Shown here: positions 21,723-35,974 of the stretch, one piece after another | Numbering within the stretch: the stretch's first letter is position 1 | Layout: the number at the start of each line of letters is the position of its first letter | Assembly: GCF_963921235.1 (NCBI RefSeq) | Contig: NC_086097.1 | Coordinates: 76,572,001 to 76,636,000, forward strand | Source: Mobula hypostoma | Lineage: Eukaryota | Reading direction: 5' to 3' | DNA length: 64,000 bases | Translations under genes and position numbers: made by a program | Notes under the pieces: model-generated | What the model was told of the DNA's origin: nothing | Seen by the model: the letters and a program-made list of their open reading frames with translations, nothing else | Database searches by the model: none

Positions 21723-24032
21723 TTTGTAATTAAATGAAATACAGAACAAATTAGAACACTACTAATACTACTATATTACTATAAAACTGTATTAGTTTCC
21801 AATGGTTATCGACAGATATGCTGCCATGTTCTTTTGATTGAGCGTAAATGAACAAAATCAGCTCAGATATCTAGTGTAGATAGTGGACTGCCTTCATATG
21901 ATGTTTTCAACAATTTCATCCTCCAAATCTTCATTTTCATTGTAACAATCAAGATTATTGTGGATACCTTCAAATTCTTCATAGTTTCTAAGTTGAAGTA
22001 GTGAAACTGTTTTATTTTCACTCCCGGCCATTTCTATCATCTCCAAGCCTGAATGCTTGAAACCACAGTGAGTAAAACAATTCTGAATTGTCTTACTGCT
22101 TATTTCTCACTAACTATCAGTGACAAAATTCACTGCTTCTTGAACACAGCTACTCACACTATTTGAAAACTGTTTGCTCAAAGCACAGTGTAGAACCTAA
22201 TGGCCACACAAGTACATACAACCAGCTCTAGTTAGAAACTGTTTGGCAACAGTCTCCTGTCCCAGGTAAGTGGCATAATGTCCCAAATAAAGGAAGGGGA
22301 TCCCAGTTATTTGCTTGATTAGTTTGTGTTCTTTAAAAGTTATCCAAAATAAGCTGCCCCAATTAACCGATGGCCCAATTAAACGGAATCCATTGTATTT
22401 TGTAAATGCTTCTATTTGATTTATTGGGCAATTAAATTTTTAAAACATTTTTCTTTTAGTAATTATTCACTTGTTTGAAAGAAAAGAGGTGAAGAGAAAG
22501 ATACAGAAGAACTGCAAATGAATTTAACTTGAAGTCTTGAAGAGAAACAGAGGTCTGGAAGATGGGACAAAGGGAGGCCAGTGGGGGGTGTTGGTGTACA
22601 AGTCAATGCTCAGTTAGGCAGAGCTCAACAAAAGGGTTTAAACAGCAGAAGGATTAGCCAAAAGATTTAAAATGAAGGAATCAAATATTAAAAGCATCTG
22701 ACAGATGAAGTGGACTCAAAAGAAATTTAATGAAACAATGAACAAAATGGGGCCCATTCAACATGCTTTGGTACTAATTAGGTAGGTTACAGTGGGATAG
22801 TTAAATATAATGATAAGAATATTTATTATGAAGGGACGTGCATTTACTTAAGGAAATTACATGAATTATTTTCTAATTGAATTACTATATTTGAGAAATG
22901 CATTGATAGGATTTCATCCATGAAAAATAAAGCCTGATAATTACTTAAAGAGGGAGGCAAATACTTAAGCATTAGTACATTGTCACATTTTCTACACATT
23001 TTTTCATGTGCCTTAACATGGTTATCCATAGACTCCAACTACAAATTTGTAACACTTGTCTCATCTCTCCCTCCCACCCTCCCCATCACCTCTGTTAAAC
23101 TATCCACAACTTAAGTAATGTCACACTGCCACAGCCTTTTGGTGAGCGATAGCTGATCCCTAACTAAATAATGGGAAGACTCATGCATAATCAAGAATGT
23201 CAGATCCTATATCCCTTCATTCAAAGATAGCCTTAAAACCAATTCTGCAAAAATATCTTCCTTATCTCCTCAGATGATCTGAACTGACTCACAAATGCTG
23301 CTGCATCCTCTGCCACAATTATTCAACTCTATCAACAATGTAATTTCACCCAAAACTATTCACCTTATACCTTGTATTGAAAGATGTCCTTTTTCCATCT
23401 GTCCTGGTTTTTCTGACTTGCATTTGTTCTTAAGTTTCAAAAAGCCATTAAAGTTGAAGTTCACATCTGTGAGTTGACATTTTTCTAGGTCCCTCTCCAG
23501 CTATCCAATATTTTTCAGCTCAACAACCCTCAACAGCTACTTTAACTCCTCTGCCCCTAGCTGATTACCGTTTCCCTTCATTCTGCAGTCAATATGTATC
23601 CAAATAGTCAGTATTTCTGCCATATTGCTCTTATCATAAAAGCACTCCTTCTGCTAAACTTCTATTTATCCCATCTATTCTTTCTATCTTTTTATCAATC
23701 CCTGTGGTGACACCACAACCTTTTATTTTGAAATTCAGGCCAGATGTTTCTTGTTCAATTTGCTGGAGGAAGAGTTCTTGGACTTCCAGTGTGCACATCT
23801 GCATTTTTGTGATTGTGACCCTGTTCTTGAGAACCCCAACAGGGAAGCAACACCATTTATTCTTCTAAACGGTGAGACGTACAGGTCCTGCTTGCTAAAT
23901 CTTTCCTCATACAAAACAAAACACGAGTCCTGGTGAACATTTGCTGCAATAGCAGGTGTGCATGAGCACACTTTGCGTGTTGAAATACATATATTTCAAT
24001 ACGCAAAGGAGATTGTTTACAATATTCTAGAC

Positions 24033-27000
24033 TAGGGTTTCTCAACCGGGGTTCCGCGGAAGGTTGCTAGGGGTTTCGCGAGAGATGGTGATTTAAAAAA
24101 ATAAACATAGTTATTTTAACTTTGCGCTCGCCGTGATGGGCACTGGCTGAGCAGATCTGTTAACAATCTTGTTAGAGATCGCTCAGCCCAGTATGGCAGT
24201 GCACAGCAGGGCTGTGTTTATATCCTAGAATCCATCCTCAGTTTTTAAATGCAAGATAGGGTAGTAGAATATTGGAAAGAAATTTTCATTCTAAAGACGG
24301 TCCAGTGTGGCGATTTTTGAAGAGGAAGTGTGAGATGGATGAGGAGGATTCTTAGGCCTACAGACAATTCTGATAGGGTTAATGATGAAAAATTACAATC
24401 TTCCAAGTCACTTCACAGAACTAGTGCAACAATGGACACTAGTGCATAAAAGAAGTCAATATTGTTTTTAAACAAAACTATAAAAGTTTATTTACTCAAA
24501 GTACAAACATAAAAGTATTTACAAGACAGTGAATAAAGTCAAATTATTATTATTTTCTATAAAACAGTCAATTCCCTGGGGGGCCTATCCCTCCCAGAAA
24601 TCCCCCACTGTACCAATTGTGACCGCATGCTCCTTCTCCAAGGACAACCATGCACGAATGTACCCTCGGAAGAGGTGCAGGCAGTCGGCCCTGGCAGAGC
24701 CCTCGACTTTCTGCCACCTGGACCTGTGGGTAGCCATCTTGGCCAGACCCAAGAGCAATCCCACTGCTAGATCCTGCTCGCAACCTGTCCCTACCTATAC
24801 TACCTGCCTGTATAAAAGGAGCACAGGGCTGAAGTGCAGCTAGAGCCTGAGCAGCAGCCCCTTCACATACTCAACATGGGCTGCAACTGCTCCCACTCCA
24901 GATAACTGTGGTGCACTGACCCCTCTCGGTCACAGAATGGACAGGTGGATAGGGGGTCAGTGAACCTGCTTAAAGACCTATTGTACGGTACTGCCCTATG
25001 TCACACCTTTCACCCCAGGTCCCTAAGGTACAGGGGAAAGACCCCTGCATAAAAGAGATTTGCACTGGGGACCTTCTCCGCTGCCAGATGGTAACACAGA
25101 CCACCAAGGTGAGTCTGGTTGGCAAGGAAGTGAAAGGTGTGCAAGAGCAGCCTGTACAAAATAATGCTTTGGAGCATCATGGAAGGCACGGCGGGCATGT
25201 CCACAAGATGGCTCATGTTATGCAGGACTCTCTCTCTTGCATGGTATCCTGAGGCCTGGGTCCGGCGAACACTTCCGGTCCATCAGGTGGTGGTGCAATC
25301 AGAACCTCTCCACTTCCCCAAGCCCCCTCGACACTTACTGTGATAGGATGGGGACCAGTCCCCCTCTCAGCTGGAGCACCGGCCCCCATCAGCGCAGGAG
25401 CACCCTGTCTGGATGAGATTAGACTCCATACCCTTGAACAGCTCTCAGTAAAAGCGAACAAGTTCCCTCAATGTGGCACGGCTGATGCTGTCCGCTAGAA
25501 GCCTCATGCCCTCCCGCAGGCAGTGTCTTCAGCAGAGAAAATGTGTCACCAGCGCCTGAAAACTTGGAGGGTGGTTGCTATACAAGACCCTGTATAGCTG
25601 CAGGGTCCTGAGGCAGAGACCCGCCAGCCGACCGCCCTCCATGATCAGAAGGCTCAAGACTGCAGCAGAGACTCAATGCTTCCTGTTTTCCCAGAAGAAG
25701 TCCACCAGCCTCTCTGGGTCCTAAAGACAAAAGCAGTGGGTGGAACTAAAGTAATCAGCTGGTATCATATCTATACAATGAAAGCTATTTACCAATGGGT
25801 TTTACATGGACTGGTGATCCAAGTTGTCTTATTCCATTGTGCCCAGTCTGTGGCAAACAACTTACAAATGCAGCAATGGCTCCAACACAATTGAAATAAC
25901 ACAACTACAAATCACAGCCACACGACATACAGAAGTGCTGATTATTTTAGACGACTATTGGAATCTCAAAACAAACATTAAAACTTTTAAAATAAAGTCA
26001 CAGTCGGTAAAAAGCTTCAGGAATCAAGTTATTTAGTATCTTTAATGCCAGTTCACTTGAGAATCTTTAAAAAGCTGTGAAAACCTGGACAAAGAATACA
26101 CCAACTTCCTACTACATACAGAAACCCAGTGGCCTAGCAGAAGAAGAGTGCTCAACAGGGTGTTTGAACTGAAAAGTGATTTGCAGGAGTAGTTTCAAGA
26201 AAATAGTAGGCCAGATTTTGCTGAGTGCCTTGAAGATGAAGAATGGCTGTAGAAACTAGCCTACTGATCAGAGACTTTTCATCATATGAACCAGGTGAAC
26301 AAGTCTTTGTAAGGCCCTGGAGAATATGTTTTGACTTCACTTGACAAGATTCTTGGATTTAAAAAGGAAACTGAATCTTTGGAAAAATCATGCTACAAAA
26401 AGAAATCTTGAAATGTTTCTACTGCTGCTTGGGCTTGAGAGTGAGGAAGGATATCAGAAAGTCTCGAGTCTTATTGAAAACTACCTGGAAGAACTGCAGA
26501 ACAAAACTGAACAACAGTTTTCCTCCTTTTTAACGCAAGTATATGACTGGGTGAGGGACCCCTTCTCTGAATTTTCTGCTCAGCCTGAGAACTTGACTTT
26601 GAGAGAAGAGGAAGAACTTAGTGAGCTGCATTCTGATCATGTGCTCGAGATGAGATTTACTGACCTGCCCCTGGACAAGTTCTGGATTTCTGAAAAAGAG
26701 TATCCTGCCATTTGTTTTGCTTTCCTATGAATGGCGGTTTTCAACTTCTTACATGTGTGAACAAGCTTTTTCTTGTTTAACAATCATCAAGAGCAAGGAT
26801 AGAAAGTTTCATTTTAGTTGAAGGTGAAATCCATGTGCAAGTTCAACCCAGAATTGAGAAATTTATTATGTTTGCCTTGAGTTTTTATAAATTTATCAAA
26901 GAGAAAGAAAGTAAGCTAAGCTTAACTATCTGTCCCTCCCCCCCAAGAAAGCTTGGCTAAAAATTTATTCTCTATTCAAAAGAGCATTGACAATTATTTT

Positions 27001-27130
27001 TGGATTATGAAATCTACAACTTACTGATCACGCTAACATACTGTGAACTATAGGTATAATACTATTTATGCATGGGTTCCCTGAGATCTGAAAAGGGTTC
27101 CTTCAAGGATGAAAAGATTAAGAACGGCTG
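24033..27130 (+). mobile_element. hAT/Charlie DNA transposon with decayed transposase C-terminus (~26040-26860)
   Basis: Perfect 8 bp TSD TTCTAGAC (24025-24032 / 27131-27138). Termini TAGGGTTTCTCAA / TTAAGAACGGCTG. LTLREEEEL..PLDKFW..EYP and STSYMCEQAFS..IKSKDR (hAT dimerisation domain). Confidence 0.88.
24461..25720 (-). mobile_element. Tx1-like LINE 3' fragment nested in the hAT element
   Basis: Reverse-strand AATAAA/A-rich tail near 24461-24495; LLGLAK.AI-type C-terminal region; GC-rich decayed ORF. Confidence 0.6.
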
Positions 27131-28689
27131 TTCTAGACACACATTCATTCAGACTTTATATAATTGGCGCACAACATCTCCATTTTATATAGAATGCTAA
27201 CATATGTTCAAATGATTGAAACTCTCAAAACTTCAATAAAGATGTCTTTACAAATTTTCAAGCACAATGCATGACATTGCATTTTTCTATATTCAATCTA
27301 CATGCTATCACTCATTCACTTATATCATCTGTACCCTTCTGATACCTCTTTGCAATCCATTTGGTTAATACACAGCCCCACCTAGCTTTGATTCATGAGA
27401 GCATTGGCACAAAAGGATAGAAAATTCTGTTCTGCTTTCATAGAGCTTCAAGATTGAAATTTGTCCAAGATTACAGTTTCTGAATGCCTCAAAAATGAAT
27501 CAGGAATCACAAGGCAGCACAATATGAATAAGTGCCTGTTGTGATTTAGTTTTTAAAAAATAGGTCTATTTGAACCATAATTCTAAATGTGGGATGACTG
27601 CTTATTGCTAGAGGCAAAACTCACTGAAAAAAAAAGAGATAAACACATTATTTAAAAAAATAAGCTGATACCTTCATTTCAATTTTGAAAGCAGTGGGTT
27701 AAAATCAGGGCCCAAATTATTAGAACATAATGCAGTCTAATATTTGGACATCATACTTTTTGCAATACACCACTGACAAACATGATAGATTTCAGAAGAG
27801 AAAACTAAGCCGCTGAAGAGCTTCTTTGGAGGGAAATATCCTCCTTTTACTAAAAGGCAACACAACAAAAAAAAAAGTGGGTTTGATCATTTATTTCGAA
27901 GTTATGTTTTGGACAAATTGCATTTGCAAATTGACTTCCATGCTCCTTACATAACAAAACTTCACTAAGTGCAATATTTGGGGAGTTCTCAAAGTCAAGT
28001 AGCTGCTGTTGAAATCTAAATGCATCTTTCTGAATAACCCAGAAAATAGCATTCAAATAAATGTGCATTATCATTAGATAGCAAATTAAAATGCATAAAT
28101 TAGGTTCTTTTGCAATTAAAAGACTTCTCTTTGCAATCTGATTCTGACATCCAAATAGTTATAATGTCAAACCAGGTTCATGGAGGATCTGGTATTTCTG
28201 CTGCACCTTCCAGCCATTTTGAGTTGCCACACTGTGGGGTCTTTTCTGATTTCCCTTTGGAACATCTTTGACGTTTAAGGGAGATTTTCAAAGATTCAAA
28301 ATACATTTAATATCAAAGTATGTATGCAGTATACAACCCCAAGATATGTCTTACCACAGGCAGCCACAAAACAAAGAAACACCATGGAACCCGTTTGAAG
28401 AAAACATCAAACACCCAATGCGCAAAAGATGAACAAATTGCACAAACAACAAAAAACAACCAAATAACACACATAATATTCAACATCAATCTGCAGAGTC
28501 CTTGAAATAGTCTAGGAATGTTCAGTGCAGCTCAGTTTAGTTCAGTTTAGCACTGTGTTATCCATTGACTGTAGAACCAGTCTGTGTCGAAGTTCCCCGA
28601 TCAAAAAAACAATAAAAAGTACGTAACCAGAAACACTTATAACATGACCTGCAGAGTTCTCTAAAAATGAGTCCAATCCATAAACTACA

Positions 28690-31600
28690 CCAATCAAACC
28701 TTACAATAGGGAGAATGCATCAAGAGGAGTGTCCTCTTTTGTAAATTTTTCAGATATTTCCTTTACCAAAGGTAAACAAGACAATCTATCAGCATTTCCA
28801 TGATTAGTCATCCTCTTGAATTCAATCTTGTAATTGTGTCCGCCAAGAAACAGAGCCCATCTCTGCACTGGTGCTGCTGCTGTTAGTGGATTCAAAATGG
28901 ACACCAGTGGCTGATGATCAGTAATGAGGGTGGACCCTCTCCATACTGTTTGAAACGTTTTACACCCAAACCAGAATTAAGACCACTCTGTCAATCTGTG
29001 CGTACTTTTTCTCTGCAGTGGCAAGGGAACGTGATGCAAAGGCTATGGGTCGTCCACTAACATCACTCATAACATGTGACGTGACTGTACCTATACCACA
29101 AGGTGAGGCGTCACAGGCAAGCTTCACTGGGTGATATAGGTCAAAATGGGCGAGTACAGTGTCTGATGTCACTATTTCCTTAACCTTTCTGAAAGCCACC
29201 TCACACTCCTTTGATCTTTGCAATTTCTTCCCAATCTGTAATAATGAGTTCAAAGGGTGCAGCCCAGTAGAAAGGTCTGGCAGAAATCTGTTACAATAAT
29301 TGACAAATCCTACAAAGGACCACAACTGTGACATGTCCTTGGGCCTTGGGGTAGCTACCACTGTTTGAATTTTCTCAGCACACTAGCGTAATTCTGGTGC
29401 GTCAATGCTGTGCGTCAAGTAAGTGATGCTTGGTTTAAAGAATTCACATTTGTTGCATCATGCTCTGAGCCAATAATCTTCTAATCTTTTTAAAAACTGT
29501 CTTGAGATTTTTGGAGATGTTCCTTGTCATCTTCACCGGTAACAGTGATGTTATCCAGGTAACACTGAGCACCTGGGCAGGCTGGTAGCACCTGGTCCAT
29601 AGCTTTCTGCGAGGATGCAGATGCTGCTCCAAAGGTAAGCATATTATAAAGATAAAGTCCCTTCAAAGATTCAAAACACATTTCTTATCAAAGAACGTAT
29701 AAACTATACACCTTGAGATTTGTCTGCTTATAGGCAGCCACAAAGCAAGAAACTCAAATAACCCAATTTACAAAAAAAGAGCAAAAACCACTGCGCAAAG
29801 AGAGAAAAAGGAAAGAAAACAAATAGAAGCAAGCCAACAGCATTCTAAACCAGATTGAGTCCACATATCTGCTCCTGAAGCGGTTGGATTAGGCCCAAGC
29901 CTTGGTGTCAGATCATCACACCAGCTGGGAAAAAAAACAGATCAGTTCACAGCCTCGGCACCACAGAGAAAGGAAAGAAGATTCATGGGAGAACGAGCAA
30001 AATCAGCCCAACTCTCACCTCCATTCCCAACACTCAGGCTGCCAGTCTATCTGTGCCGACATTTAAATTGTCCAAGCACTGGATAGTGCCTCCCTCCAGG
30101 ACCTGGACACCAGTGCCATGATACACTTGGGTCACCCAGCCCAAAGTTGTTCTCGATCTCACCGTATTGGCTTGGCATGTGGAGCAATCCGACCTTGCAC
30201 CCAGGCTCAGTGGACTGTCATAGAAATTCTCCCGCATCGACTCCTCTCTAAATCATTCATTCCAACAGCAAAACGAACTCTGCTGGCAACCCCAGCTCAA
30301 ACACGTTGTGTCTTGCAATGCCCCAGCACAGTTTAACTCCCAAACCAGCCTTGCCTCTGCCTGCCTCCTCACTGGCTGTAGTGATAGATCCCCATAATTT
30401 GTTTCAAAAAAAAGTATTACAAGTTATGTTTTTAGTCGAATCTTTTGCCTTCTGATCTACCAGTAGGCTGTCAAATGCCTTTGGTAGCATTACCTTAAAC
30501 CGGAAACTTAGTGAGTGTTTATGGTGAGAAATACTTTGGACTCTTCTTCCATCTCCATCTGTACGTAGGCCTCAGCTAAGTTCACTTTGCTGAAGTGTTT
30601 ACCTCCAGATTGGTCTAGCCAGGGCAGAGGGTATTGATCTACTTTCAGAACTGGGTTGTCAGTGGCATTAAAATCACTACACGTCCTGACAGATGCATCT
30701 TTCTTGGCTACTGTGATCACTGGCATTGCCTATAAGTTTCAATCAACCTTGCAAAAAAGTCTTTCAGCACCCATTCAATCTAACTAACTGGATAATTTAG
30801 CAAGGATGATACAAGGAACTAGTTGGGCTTTGTAAAAATAGGGTGTGACATCTGTATTTAACACTATTTTACCCTTGATATTCAAGTTTTCCAATGCCAT
30901 CCTTGAACACTGCTGTGGCATCATCCAGTACCTTTCCTAATTCACTTTCAGTTGACTCTATTGCAGGGGATGTGGCATGCAAATGGTAGATGGATCTCCA
31001 ATCAGCTTGCAGTTATCTCAGCCAATCATGGCCCCAGAATGCTGGCACTCCTGTTTTTAACCACATACAAGCCCAATGTGGCTTGTTGGTTGTTGTATTT
31101 CATTGTTACGAATGTCATTCCCATAGAAGTTGTATTTCTCCCATTGGATATTTGCAGGTGTCAGTTCAGTACAAGACCATAATATTTAGGAGCCGAAGTG
31201 GCCCCGAGTCTGCTCCGCCATTTCATTATGGTTGATCCATTTCCCTCTCTGCCCCAATCTCCTGCCTTCTCCCTGTATTACTTCATCAACCTCTGCTTTA
31301 AGTATACCCAATGACTTCGCCTCCACAGCTACCTGTAGCAATGAATTTTACAGATTCACCACTCTCTGGCTAAAGAAATTGCTCCTCATCTCCATTCTAA
31401 ATCGATGTCCCTCTATTCTGAGATTGTTTCATCTGCTCTTAGATTATCCCACCATAGGAAACATCCTCTCCACATCCACTGGTTTGTTTGGAGCAGTTAA
31501 ACTTCTAAGTAAACTGTATACTTTCCCACCCATTGCACACAGCAACACTAACACTCGTTTTTCATCGGCTATTTCATTTACTTCAAAATACTGTTCAATT

Positions 31601-32115
31601 AGTTCAGTACATATCATCCAATTATCTGTTGTGCAGTCTAACACTTTTATGTTTCTGATGTAGCTAGCTATATCAGCTTTCTCTTAAATTTATTATTATC
31701 ACCCACTACTCACTGTTTATAAACCCTTGGCTGCACGTGTTGTTTGCTAATTTTGTCTGTATCCTGCCTTTTTTAAAAAAACTCAAATGTCTCTGTCCTC
31801 TTCCGAAGAAAAATGTGCTGCACTTCCACAGGTAGATAGTCATCTTGGGTTCATTTAAAAACTTCCTCATCACCATTATTATGTTGTGTAACTCTAGAAA
31901 CTAATCGAAGGAAAAACTCAGGAGCTAAGATTTATTTAGTTTATTTTCTTTTTTTTTGGTGAGGCACACAGCTATGATGTGGTGGCATAATGACATATGC
32001 CATTCAAATTCATCTTTCATATAACCCATAATAAAGTATGTAAACTAAGAATGCTTAATCAAACAATATATTTAATATATTACTTGAATATTACTAAAAT
32101 GTTGAATATACTACA
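28690..32115 (-). mobile_element. Fragmented Gypsy LTR element (LTR ~31882-32115, gag ~31420-31680, PR/RT/RNase H 28690-31170) with LINE insertions
   Basis: YLDNI, LACDASP.GIG, RPIAFASRSL..AEK.Y, QRWALFL..NADRLS, DQYPLP; gag EQYFEVNEI..LLC..G; PBS-like TGGTGATGAGGAAG at 31875-31862. Interrupted at ~29645-30500 and ~31172-31420. Confidence 0.8.
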
Positions 32116-32149
32116 TGAAACTGTTTACACATTAATTGTCAAATACACA

Positions 32150-32660
32150 GATTCTCCACCATCTGGCTAACGAAAATTTTCCTCATCTCTGTTCTAAGTA
32201 GATATCCTTTTATTCCGAGACCATGCCCTCTGACCTTACACTCCCTCATCCTCTCCACATCCACTTTATCCAGACCTTTCAATATCTGATAGGTTGCAAT
32301 GAGATTTCCCACCCCCTCCCTTCATTCTTCTAAACTCCAGCAAGTAAAGGCCCAGAACCATCATATATTAAACCTTGCATTCCTGGGATCATTCTTACGA
32401 ACCTCCTCTGAACCCTCTTGAATGCCATCACATTCTTTCTCTGATAAGTGGCCCAAAACTGCTCACATTACTCCAAAGTACGGACTAACCAATGCCTTAT
32501 AAGGCCTCAGCGTTACATCACAGCTTTTGTATACCAGTCCTCTTGAAATGAACGGTAACATTTCATTTGCCTTCCTTATCATTGAGTCAAACTATGAGTT
32601 AATCTTTAGGGAATCCTGCACTAGGACTCTCAAATCCCTCTACACTCCTGATTTTTAAAT
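32150..32660 (-). mobile_element. CR1 LINE 3' fragment
   Basis: Similar to the CR1 copies at 36914-38215. Confidence 0.65.
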
Positions 32661-33797
32661 TTTGTATTGATGCAGAAATACAAGTTTTGTTATTACCAGT
32701 ATAACTTTCTTCTCACAAAATTATAGTTGGTGATGACTAACAATCAGATTTCATTGCCAAGAAAGTAATTAAAAGTGAGGAATCTAAGGCTTTGGTGAGT
32801 GATGTGTTTTACACAATTTTTAAATATTACTTTTTTTTAAACTTTTCCTTGTTTCTTAAACTTTCTTTTCATTCGACTTTTTTTTTGAGTCCAACCACTT
32901 ACTTTCCTCCTTATTCTAGTGCACTTGTTTCAAAAATTCCTCTGTTCAGATCATTTAAATTACCAGATTTCCAGTTCCCTCATGTTGCCATAATCAATTC
33001 ACAATTCTAGGAACATATATGGACAAGTACATTTAAAACTAAATGTACTTTTGTGACTTTAGCAAACTACTAGGATACACAAAGTCCTGCTCCAGTAATG
33101 CCGACCCATTCTGTCTCAAAATTGTACAAATTCAATATTTGTGCAAAATACTAATATATTAAATATTAATTAATGTGTTCATTAGAAAATTCAAAATTTG
33201 TCATTTCTGAACAATTTAGCTTTAAGCATTTTCCACCATCTCCCCTTTTTAAGAGTGACCCCAAAATCAAAAACATGGAATCAATTTATACAGTCAATAA
33301 TTAAACCTGTTCCAAAGATATCAAGAACAATTTTGCAATTCCTGAAGCTTTATTTTACTTAATAAGCCTTGGAAAAATATAGCCAGATAAACAAAACTAC
33401 TATCTACCATATTCTAAAAATACCCAACCCTAAAACGCATAATTCATGGACAATTAATAGTCAGATTTTTAGATTCGAATCACTTACCCGATCAATGACC
33501 AATTCTTAAAATAAGGTTCAAATTAATAGCATAAGAAGCATTCATTTTAAACAGTGACAACCAACATATTAAAAAGATTCCACAGGAATCTGTACTAATT
33601 GCTTAACAGATATGTTTCCATAGAGTAATCAAATATACACTTCTTTCATTGCGTCAAATACATTAATCAGAGTTAATCCAGAATTTCCGCAGCAATATTG
33701 TAGGAAAATTGAAGCTCATTTATGTCACATAAAATGCCTGTTTATTGTGTCTTTTAAACATCTCCTCTTAACAAGTTATTATTGACAATCTATTTAC

Positions 33798-34190
33798 CTG
33801 GCGTATAGTGGATGAGATGTGATAATCTGCAGAGGCTTACTTTGGATGGCGTGTGATGTTGTTGCCCGTCAACAGTGTTTCTTCCCCCTCGCAGTCAGTT
33901 TCGTAGAGGCAGCAGCTGAGCTGGGAACCGGGCGAATGATTGACACGACGCACAGCCACACGGACAGAACTTCGCAGTTGCATCAGACCTATCACGTTAG
34001 CAATCGGAGCTGAGACTCGGCGAGACGATCCCCGGCAAGCAGTCAACGCGCGTGAGTTGATCTCACTTGGTTATTTATAGATCAGGGAGCAGAGCCGAAG
34101 GGGAAAAAAACATTGCAATCAGGCGAAATATACCTTTGTGAAGTGGTTTCCTCAACCCATCTGTCAGTGTAGCTTCCAGTAGCGCATGCG
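33798..34190 (-). promoter_or_regulatory. Candidate FMN1 promoter and non-coding first exon
   Basis: CpG-dense, non-repeat patch inside a ~2.5 kb repeat-free zone. Minus-strand CTATAAATAA (34080-34071; TATA and MEF2-like). NRF1-like GCGCATGCG at 34182-34190. Minus-strand donors CAG|GTAAAT (exon end 33798) and AAA|GTAAGC (exon end 33841). Confidence 0.55.
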
Positions 34191-35219
34191 TCAAAGTAGA
34201 GTTGATGGGGTTCTTCAAAAAATTTTTATTGGGACATAAACATTTTGCAGTCCTGAGGTAATTTCAAAATTTAGAGCGTCTTTGGTAATGAGGATAGTTT
34301 TAATTATTTTTCATCAACAAAATAAACGGGAATTCGTAATGTGATGTTCAGAGACTCGACAGTGAAGTATGCGTACATTTTTTTAAATTAGAGTTTAAAT
34401 AGCGCCTCGGATAAAGTAAAGCAGCTTATTTCACTGACACAATATCGCAAGTTGTTAAACTGGATGCTCAAAGCTCTTTGTAATGAAACATAATCACGTG
34501 TGGTATAATCAACCTTCCCATCCTTTGTTAAATAATAATAATTTGGTTCTTATGCAAACGAGAAATCTTTACCAAACTAATCACCGATGAACCAGAAATA
34601 TTTGCAGAGGTTATTAACCACTGATGTTTGACAACCGAATTTATTTATAGTAAATGAATTGATAGTTTTTATTGTTTTACTTATCTAAGTTATTTTATTG
34701 ACCACGGAATTTGCTAGTTGCGGTTATTTCCATTGCTTGCCGACTCGGTAAAAGGTTCAAATTCTTGGTAATTGATGAGAGGTGAGGGTCAATAAAACTT
34801 TTACGTGGTGGAGAACGTCGCGACCAAGAGCTTACCTTTCCCATTCAATTGGGATGAAAGAAAATTAGGGAAATTATTTAATACAGTACACCAAATCAAG
34901 ATACAGGAAAGCAAATATTTATTTTACCTGTAAAAAGTAATAATTTAATAACTATTTGCTATCTTTGAGTGTTCGTTTCCACCATTTGATTTGCGGGAAA
35001 ATTGAGCTCCAATTCACAATAGTTAAATGGCCGCCCACACTTTCTACAGTTAAATAATGTGCAAGTTTATGGATCTGAGGTTATAGCTCAGCGTTAGCTG
35101 ATTTAAATTGTTTGGGCATTGCTTTCTCAGAAACTTCTGAGCAATTTGTAAAATAATAATGTTGAGCACAATCAGGCATTCATATTTTAGCTGCTAGGAG
35201 AGGCCAGTAAAGCCATGGA

Positions 35220-35765
35220 GTGCAGGGCGTGAGATCTGTCATAAGGGTGGGGAGGGAAAGGTGAAGGGGTGACAGAAATAAGGGAAAACAAAAGGTGAGG
35301 GTTTTGGTTACCAGAAGCTAGAGAAGCCAATGTTAATTCTGTCAGGTTGGAAACTACCAAAGCAGGTGGTGTTCCTCTAATCAGTGTCCAGCCTCAATTT
35401 GGTGGTATAGGAGACTATGGACAGACATGTCAGTGTGGGAGTAAGAAGAGGAATTAAAATAACTGGCCTCTGGGAGATCCTGATTGCTATGGTGGGTGGA
35501 GTGAGGGTGCTTCAGGAAGTGATACCCCATCCTGCATCTTGTCTCCTTGATGGAGAGGAGACCACAGCAAGAGCACTGGATGCAATAAACAACATCAAAT
35601 GATTCACATGTGAATTGCTGCCTCACCTGGAAGGTCTTGGGGGGAGGAGGTGTAGGGGCCAGTGTAACATTTAGCACAGTTACAGGGATAAATGGTGGCT
35701 TTGGTTGGTAGGGATGAGCAGACAAGGCAGTTGCAGAGAGAGTGATTGCTGTAGAAAGCTGAGAG
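35220..35765 (-). mobile_element. Penelope-like element fragment (GIY-YIG region)
   Basis: FQVRQQFTCES.DVVYCIQCSCCGLL.I.ET. Confidence 0.75.
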
Positions 35766-35974
35766 GAAAAACTGTTTCATTGTTCTGGCTCAGCATGTAA
35801 TTAAAGGTGTTGGATTTCCAATACTTGTTCTTAGGTAGGGAGAATGCTCAGAGATATAAGTATGCCATTTTGAATGTAAGTGTTAGTTTGGACAGGAAAT
35901 TGAAAGTTATATTCCCCCTTTTGGACTAGATTATATTTACACTTTTACTTACATTTGGCTACTAAGAAGATGTA

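Larger units (their letters stand above)
13649..22395. mobile_element. Tigger-like non-autonomous DNA transposon split by the Gypsy insertion (pieces 13649-13795 and 21723-22395)
   Basis: Degenerate TIRs AATGGATTTTAGTTAATTGGG / CCCAATTAAACGGAATCCATTG followed by TA. Confidence 0.6.

Noticed and set aside
13791..21727. TSD for the large Gypsy element
   Set aside because: The flanks TTATA and TTTGT do not match cleanly, so no TSD is claimed.
26341..26730. Domesticated ZBED/FAM200/SCAND3-like gene
   Set aside because: Frameshifted, and enclosed by hAT termini with a perfect 8 bp TSD; a transposon fossil.
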